Shown here in pieces: positions 56,679 through 64,000 of a stretch of 64,000 nt of DNA. The notes under the pieces were generated by a model that was not told the DNA's origin, ran no database searches, and worked only from the letters and a program-made list of their open reading frames with translations. The DNA comes from Ruditapes philippinarum (taxonomy: Eukaryota), in assembly GCF_026571515.1 (NCBI RefSeq), contig NW_026858667.1:1-64000 (forward strand), in the 5' to 3' direction. The translations under genes were made by a program, and so were the position numbers. Within the stretch, counting starts at the first letter, position 1. The number at the start of each line of letters is the position of its first letter.

Positions 56679-59600
56679 ATGGAGGGAATGGTAAGATTTA
56701 CTTGATTTTTTTTAATTTAAGAAAGAATACATAGTTTAAAAAAACAACAACAATAAAACAAACAAACGAGCAAACTTGTCTAGCTGCATTTTATAAATTT
56801 ACGTTAAAAAGCTGGGAATGTGTACAACATGCATATAATATTTTTAAAAAAACTATACGATCACGTTGTTTTTAATTTACCACATCTATACGTTTTTTCA
56901 TAAACCATTAATAAAATGCATGCAAAGCGAAAGTAGGATTTTTCATTGATATTTATCGTAATTATATAAAATATTAGAATGAAACCACCCGTAACAAAAC
57001 GTCTCCTTCCTTTTGCAATGATTTCGTGCACGTGTATACCTCAACGTTGCTAGGAACTACATGTATACAAGAGTCATCTTCTATGGTGGTTTTTTTTGAC
57101 AGATTTTAATGAAAGTCTTATTTATGTATTTTGGCTGAATGAAATATTGTGATATGAACAGAGAAAGTTATAATTTATATAATTTAAACACGGAACTTAC
57201 AATTTACGTAAATTAAAAAAGAGAGGTCAAAATTTACAAAAATAGCCCATACTGCTTTAGTCCGCAGATAAATATTTGTACTACAAAATCAGACATTTAT
57301 CGCACATAACACGTAAATTATAAATTCAATGTTGATCTTTGAACTTTTCTTAAATCTTAGTAAATGTATGTTAAGTTTGATTTTCTTAAAATGGTTTGGC
57401 TTATCTGGTGGTAAGAATCTTTAAAAGTAAAACACACATTTATACAATCATATTTTATCTCGGGGGTTGCGTTCTGTAAACGTTGCTTTGCCTTGTTGAT
57501 CTTTATTCTCATGTTTTAATATTATTTAAAATCAAGCACAGAAACACCTAAATTTTTATATATTGATGTGTAAAATGACATCACCGGTTATGGCTTTTTT
57601 TCTTATACTAGTATATAAATACATTTCATTAAATATAAAACATGTTGATACGTTAATATGATCATAATAAAGGGTTGTTACCCTATATGCGTCGAGCCGT
57701 CATATAATTACATTTTTGTTTTACAGGTACTTGAGATAAAGGAAAAGGTGGAGGAGATGGAAAATTTCTTATCATCGTTGAAGAAACGTTTTGATAAACT
57801 ATTTGACGAATCTGGTTGCCAAGGAGATCTTTGTAGCTGGTTTGTTTAATATTCTATATGCTCTTATTGTTTTGTTGCTTAGAGTAATGATATTATCAAG
57901 TGGGCTTCACAAAATAGCGATAGAACATAAACACGTCTTTCCTTTACAAAATTCATATTTATTCTCTTAACCCATTACGTCATATACATGCCTTTTAACG
58001 CCTTTTTCACCCCCCCCCCCCCCGCATTTTGTTGTCTCAAATGTTGAAAAAATGCCTTATTTAGGCCCTAAACACTTGTTTTTGTTTGAGAAATGTTGTT
58101 AAAAAAGTGACCACTTTTTCGGCGCGGCCCCCAACCAAAGATACATCAGGGGGTTGCCAGAAGGGGGATGCGCCCCCTTCTGTTTGGGGGGTTTGAAGGG
58201 GGACAGAGTCCCCCACATTGCCAAGAAAATTTTGGACTTGTGAGAGGCTATAAATGATCACAGATTGATCATAAGGTAACGTGTAACCAACGCTGAAAAG
58301 CATTTGACTCTATCTCAATCCATTGAGAAGTTGCAGCACTTTGAAATCAATTATGATTGAAAAAAAAACAACACAAAATAGTGATTTTTGGCAATTTTGA
58401 GATGTCCCCTCGTTGCCATGGTTACAGAAAATTTAAGCCTGAGCATGTTGTTGCAAGGGCAATGGTCCAGTCAATATTGTGCCAAGTTTGATTAGTGTTG
58501 AAGCAGTTTTTATAGAATTATAGCAATTTGAACTTGTAACGGGAGACTTTTTAATGAAAATAGCCATTTCATGAAGTAATGGGTTAAAGTGGATCGGTTA
58601 TATATGACCATTCAGCATTTGCGACTTATTGAAGTTAGATATCATCCTTCAAATCGCATGTATTTTTGTATTCGTTGCCTTTTTACGAGCTTTTCTGATT
58701 GCCCTGTGTAGCCCTAATGTTGTCGGGGGACTGTGTACGTTCCAAATCCATTAATATTATATTCGATTTCTTTTTAAAATGCTTATATTTTGTAACATTT
58801 CTTTTGCAGCATTACGTTTTACAAAGGGACAGAATCACGTATGTTTGATTTTTTTTCTCAATATACTTTAAAGTGTATATCGAAAATGATTATCTTGTCA
58901 AACGTTTTGTGTTTAAATTGCTATAATATACTAATAACTAATCTTGAATCTGCTGAATTTGTGTCATGGATTAATCTTGAGCAGTCCATTCAAAGTTTAA
59001 GGTGTCAATATAAAAAAAAAACAAAAAAAACATTGTAATAAAATTGAACTAGCAACATCAGTGCAATTTTTTGTTCTATACTGGTGGCAAACGCTAATCA
59101 CTTTCTGTTCCAGCAATTAAGGGTTAAAAAAACTTAAAACTTAAATGTACACTTTAAATGTCGACATGTTGTTATAAAAGGCCAAAGTCAGTATGATTTA
59201 AATTACTACATATAAAACATGTAAATCATTTTCCTTCCATTTCGGTCGGATACAAGAAAGTGAAAGACTGACAATTCATAAATTTGTCTTTAACGTATTA
59301 AGGAACTGATATTTTAAGATAATGGCATTTTTGTTACATTGAGCACATGCGTGGTGTTTAAATATTTCATACAAATAAAAACAAGTGTAGAAATAAGAAA
59401 CATAACTAACATTATGTGATGGACAGATTTTTCGTCGAGTTTATATTGGAAATATGATTGTTTTCTCATTTTCAGAAATGAAGGATTTGTTCCGACAAAT
59501 GAAAGGAATTAACAATAGATTATCAGAAAAGGATCTTGAAGACAAAGCTCGAGATAGAAAATTAGAACAATTAAGTAAAGAAATTGCAAATATGCGCACC

Positions 59601-62600
59601 GCAGACACCGCTACTTCTTCTAAAACAGTCATTCCTAAAATAGACAGTCGAAAAGAAAAAGCAGATATAGAACCAAGAAACAAAGCGCCAAATGTAACTA
59701 ATAGGTCACGTCAAACTAATGAAAGAAATGATGGAAACAGATCAGGTGAAAGAAAAGGCAGTAGCTCAGAAAGGCGACGATCAGATTCGCGCGGTAACCA
59801 TGACAAAAGTTTCGACAGTGATAATGAGCAGAATGATACAAATAAAAGACTTGAACTACGACCAGAGTCTCGTGGTGAAAAACGTGAACAGCATAAACAG
59901 AATCCTGGGTCCAGAAACAGGAACTCTTATACACAATCTGCTAATCTTCAATTACCAAGGGATGAAGAGCCAAAGTAATATAATTTGAAATCAACAAAAG
60001 TAAATTCTGTAAATCGGTTTAAGTTAAAAATGATTGTTAAATGTTTTTAAAATAATATAATTCTTGAGTACACTTGATTACCTTTCAACACACTTTAAAA
60101 TTAACGTATACACATTTAAATATCACTTAAAGCGTCCGTATTCAATGTTCCTAAAAATTGATTCAATATTAGAATATAAACTAAATTTGATAATATTATT
60201 ATAACACAATCATTTTTTATTACTTTCAGTCGTGACAATATACAGAAGCCAAACTTTAAACATTCGACGGAAGTTGGTAATTGATATGATATTCCTCTTT
60301 TTTGCATAGTTTGTAGTGAACAAAAAATTACTGACCGGCCAAATACCTAAATCATCTTTTTCTTGTGTTGTTTCTTGACAGTTAGTAAAGTTAAAGTGAT
60401 TCAGTATTTTGTAAGGGAGTCAAAATACAACTTTGTTTAACTTTTCCTACTTTTATGTAAAATAGATTTATACTTAGCATTATGTAAACGTAATTGAGAT
60501 CATGTTTGCTCTTTCTAAAATCAATTTTTTATTCGTTTCTGAGGCATAATATGCCTTTAAAATGATAAGGAACGTTAACTTGACTAAGTTCGGGGTATTT
60601 TGAACTTATATATATTCTGTTTCACTACTTAAAGGTTTACCACCAAATAATTGGAGTTTGTATTATAACTAATTTATTTCTTGTTTGATTCGCAGCTTTG
60701 AGGCAGCCGAGTTCTTCTGCTACTGCGTCTGCTTTAGAACAAGCACGTGGCGGTCTTCCAGTGGTTGAAAGACAAAAAGAAAAAGAGTATTATCTATCTC
60801 CTGATGTTTGGGAAGTAGAGGCTAAAGGAGAACTAATTGCATGTAAGAAAATTAACATTATTTTATATTAAAACATTCAGCTGGTTACCTGCAATTGTTC
60901 ATTATATATGTATTTGTAAGAAGTATAATTTGAGACAATCGCTTTTTGTAAACATATGAACGTAGAACGTCCTGCATTTAGTGATCTTGTGATCTAGTGA
61001 TCTTTGCAAACGTAGTAATCAGACATTCTTACTGATTTCTGGCAATAATATAAGTATGACGCTGGTGATTGGAATTATTTACGTGTCACAAAGATATATT
61101 TTTTTTAAAAATTCATTTCAAATTAAATAAAAACACGAACCCTTCATAAGGAGTCAAATTAAATGTTGAATTCAACTCTTCATATACATATGAAGGGTTG
61201 AATTTGCCTTTAATCTGATACAAATTTTGATTAACCTGAAATGAATGTAAATACATGTAAGCTTTTTTTCGGGTCTCAATAAACTTAAATTACATTGGGT
61301 TATAAAATAAAGTGTCTAAGAGTTTTTCTCTTTCTACAATGTGAGTTCCTGTTTTTCTTGTTCTAGCACAAAAGACACCATTACGTAAACTTGAAAAAGT
61401 GACAACAATACTTTTGATTGACACGTCAGAAAGTATGGCAGCTGGTGACACGTGGCGTCAAGTGACGACATTTGTGAACGATTACGTTGATGGTAAATTG
61501 CTTATTAATCATAGTGGTTTCCACAATATTGTTGATAAATTTATGTCATTGCATTATATAAATGTTCTTATATATTTCGTTCTGCTGAGCGAATGTGATG
61601 AGGACATTAGAAATCAACGACACTCTTATGTTTGATGAAGTTGATACACTAGCAGCCTGGCAGACTGAAGTTTGCAGCTTAGCAGTCTTAAGATAAATAA
61701 CGAAGATACAAAGAAATGCATTATTAGCACTTCCATAGATCATTATACGTTTTTTCAACATGATGATCTTTATACATTTGTAGTTTAAGATGCTAAACTT
61801 CAAACTCTTTCATTCTGACGTTCAAAATTTGTGAAGCAAGCAGTAATGATCTAAGGGAGTGCTCATAATGCATTTCTGATCGTTTGAAATCATGTTTGCA
61901 ATATTCTTCGTTTTCTTGAGGCTGTTCAACTGCCGACTTTACGAATATTGAACACTGCAGTTCGCATACAATATGCTCATAGCGTTTTCTTTTATGTTTT
62001 GGTGTAAAATTGAGGTTTGACCCAATGTCAGAACTATAAATAATAGACGCACTTATAATGGTTGGCATGAAATTATTGTGGTGTGGTGTTTATATTTTTC
62101 GTATATTTATACTGTTGTATTGCCACACAACTGCCGTGATACCACAAAATCGTGTCTAAACGATTCGTTTATGTGTTGTTGAGGTCAGAAACAATAAAAA
62201 CTATGTCGCTCTGTGACAAATTAGCTTGCACAAGTAATATGTATGTTCTTTCTATAACATAGGGCTAGAAGAGATGTATACAAAACACAAAACTGATGAA
62301 CATTTAGCATTAGTGACCTTTGGAGCACAAACACGATGTCACCAACGCTATACGAACGACTTTAGTTTAATACGATCAGCATTTAGTAAGTGAACATTTT
62401 ATTTTTCAGCACTTTTTTTTGATTAAGCAGAAACGTCAATATCACTATGAATCCTCGTTGGATCGTTGTTGAATACCTCTTCATGTCTTTCATTTTCCAC
62501 CTTGATTCTTTTGATTTGACGATTATATGAAAGATTTATCTAAAAATTACGTATTTGACCTTTAGAAAAAACCTGAAAGCCGCATACATTGCCGATCATA

Positions 62601-63846
62601 ATTTTTAGATGACATTTACAATTAAAGCAAACTGTTACTGTTCTACTGAGAGTGGAATAAAAGAAGTCTGAAATATATCTTTTACCGACATATAACGATA
62701 TATAATGCCCTTATGCATTGTTGTTATATTCCATTAACATCTTTTCGTATTTTAGACAAGTTACAACTTGGAGGACCTAGCCCTTTACACGGAGGGTTAA
62801 TGATGGCAGATGCTGTGTCTCTTACATGCGAAAGTAAGTCATTTACTTAGTGGTTGTTTTTATTAACAAATCTTTACGCGCAAGAATTCCATTGTTATTA
62901 ATCTAGAACTTAAAAAATGGATATGTTCTGAACCGGTATTTACTAGTAAACCATTACATATTAATGCAAACAAGACGGCCCTACTATGAAGACAATCATG
63001 GTCGGTTACGTGGCAACGAAACCATTACTTTTAATCATAATGCATAACGCATTGCAATTTTCGACATTTGATTTTTTGGACATTTTTTATTCCTAATTTA
63101 ATGTACCTAAAAACAAGACTAGTTCAGTACTGTTATATTACACACCCCTCTTCCGTTATAACCAATTCGAGTATACCTCTTCTTCCCACCAGATGTCATA
63201 TTTCGCCATTATCTAGGCATTTCGACAACAACTAATCACTTAGTAGATATCTATACATCACAACAGCACGTGTGCTGTGTGGCAGCCGTAAAAGTTACCA
63301 TGTACTTTTCTTCAATTTTGTTACATAATTTTGGTCGTTTGGGATAATTTGGTCCAGCACATTCAAATGTACCGCTCAGGGGACATGAGGGATATTGAAC
63401 TTTTTTATTATCCCGGATGTACAGTTTCAATCAAGTGGAGTCTGCAATTTTCATTTTATTTTACTGTTTTATTGCTTCCATGGGATTACATTTTTCCAGA
63501 TATATAATGCCGAAATATTTCTCTATATATTGCATGCATTTATCCTGCCAGCTAGTCTGGGTTCCACTATGTCGATTTTTCATTTGCTTCCGTTTGGCAA
63601 AACGCGATCGAGTGTGAAAAAGCGCGTATATCATGAATAAATAAAAATATCAACGTCTGAATGCCAGGTTACCTGACAGCTTCAATACAGTAATACAATA
63701 TATTTTCTATATTTTCAGAGGACCTCATATCTCTACGGAACGGGTTGATGATATATACGAAGATAATTCTTATTACTGACGGTGAACCAACTGAAATCTG
63801 TCTCCATAGAGGTCCAGATATTCCAGACCCGAAACAAATGGCCGAG
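56679..63846 (+). CDS. Intracellular VWA-domain protein (coiled coil, charged low-complexity linker, then VWA); continues beyond window
   Basis: Phase-matched exons 56679-56690, 57727-57839, 58810-58838, 59476-59974, 60230-60276, 60696-60842, 61367-61492, 62263-62385, 62756-62833, 63719-63846. VWA motifs ILLIDTSESM (MIDAS DxSxS), LALVTFG, LGGPSPLHGGL, IILITDGEPT. The first three exons are less certain. Confidence 0.85.
57971..58583. mobile_element. piggyBac-type MITE
   Basis: TTAA-CCCATTACGTCAT ... ATGAAGTAATGGG-TTAA. Confidence 0.8.
60325..60556. mobile_element. Second, truncated, inverted copy of the Kolobok-type MITE at 53619
   Basis: TTTCTGAGGCATAATATGCCT-TTAA end; 60332-60370 matches 53860-53899 in reverse complement. 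Confidence 0.7.
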
Positions 63847-64000
63847 GTATTCCTCCAGTTTTTATAACCCTCTCCACTGTCGTAACTTTTTTATATGTAA
63901 AATCACCTATGTTTATTTTAGATAGGTGTATGAAGTTTTGGACTTCCACTATTTTGGACACGTGTGGGTTAGCGGCATGTACAGTCTTGATTGTGTCATA

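Noticed and set aside
53619-60556. 6.9-kb composite transposon capturing the shared promoter
   Set aside because: Internal matches show the two perfect ends are the same end of two separate copies in opposite orientation; the first copy has its own right end at 53982.
61793-62068. 91-aa antisense intronic ORF as a hAT dimerisation-domain remnant
   Set aside because: Only a vague resemblance; the key SER.FS motif is absent.

Overview
AT-rich, intron-containing animal DNA. The repeat families look like those of a bivalve mollusc, possibly a venerid clam (from recall, not a search). Genes: (1) the 3' end of a UPF1/HELZ2-like SF1 helicase with an apparent frameshift (1-509); (2) an 888-aa C2H2 zinc-finger gene (minus) whose C-terminus is a tandem expansion of cysteine-less pseudo-fingers; (3) a 9-exon Mieap/SPATA18-domain gene (minus, 53528-40362) with an N-terminal hydrophobic segment and three duplicated 66-bp exons; (4) a head-to-head VWA-domain gene (plus, from 56679, running off the window). 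A cluster of IRF/ISRE-like motifs lies between genes 3 and 4. About half of the window is transposon-derived. A 15-kb nest (8871-23893) holds Helentron-type (HINE/DINE-like) satellite-carrying elements and a SINE. It also holds a two-gene PIF/Harbinger element sitting inside a related Harbinger MITE; its 5-exon transposase is intact, but its Myb/SANT partner is broken by a MITE with an 8-bp TSD. Elsewhere there is a dead RTE-X-like LINE, two CAG-terminal elements with 5-bp TSDs (one a 2.85-kb foldback), and piggyBac-, Kolobok-, ISL2EU- and Sola-type MITEs. Exon models were assembled by hand from GT-AG sites and phase matching; no database search was run.
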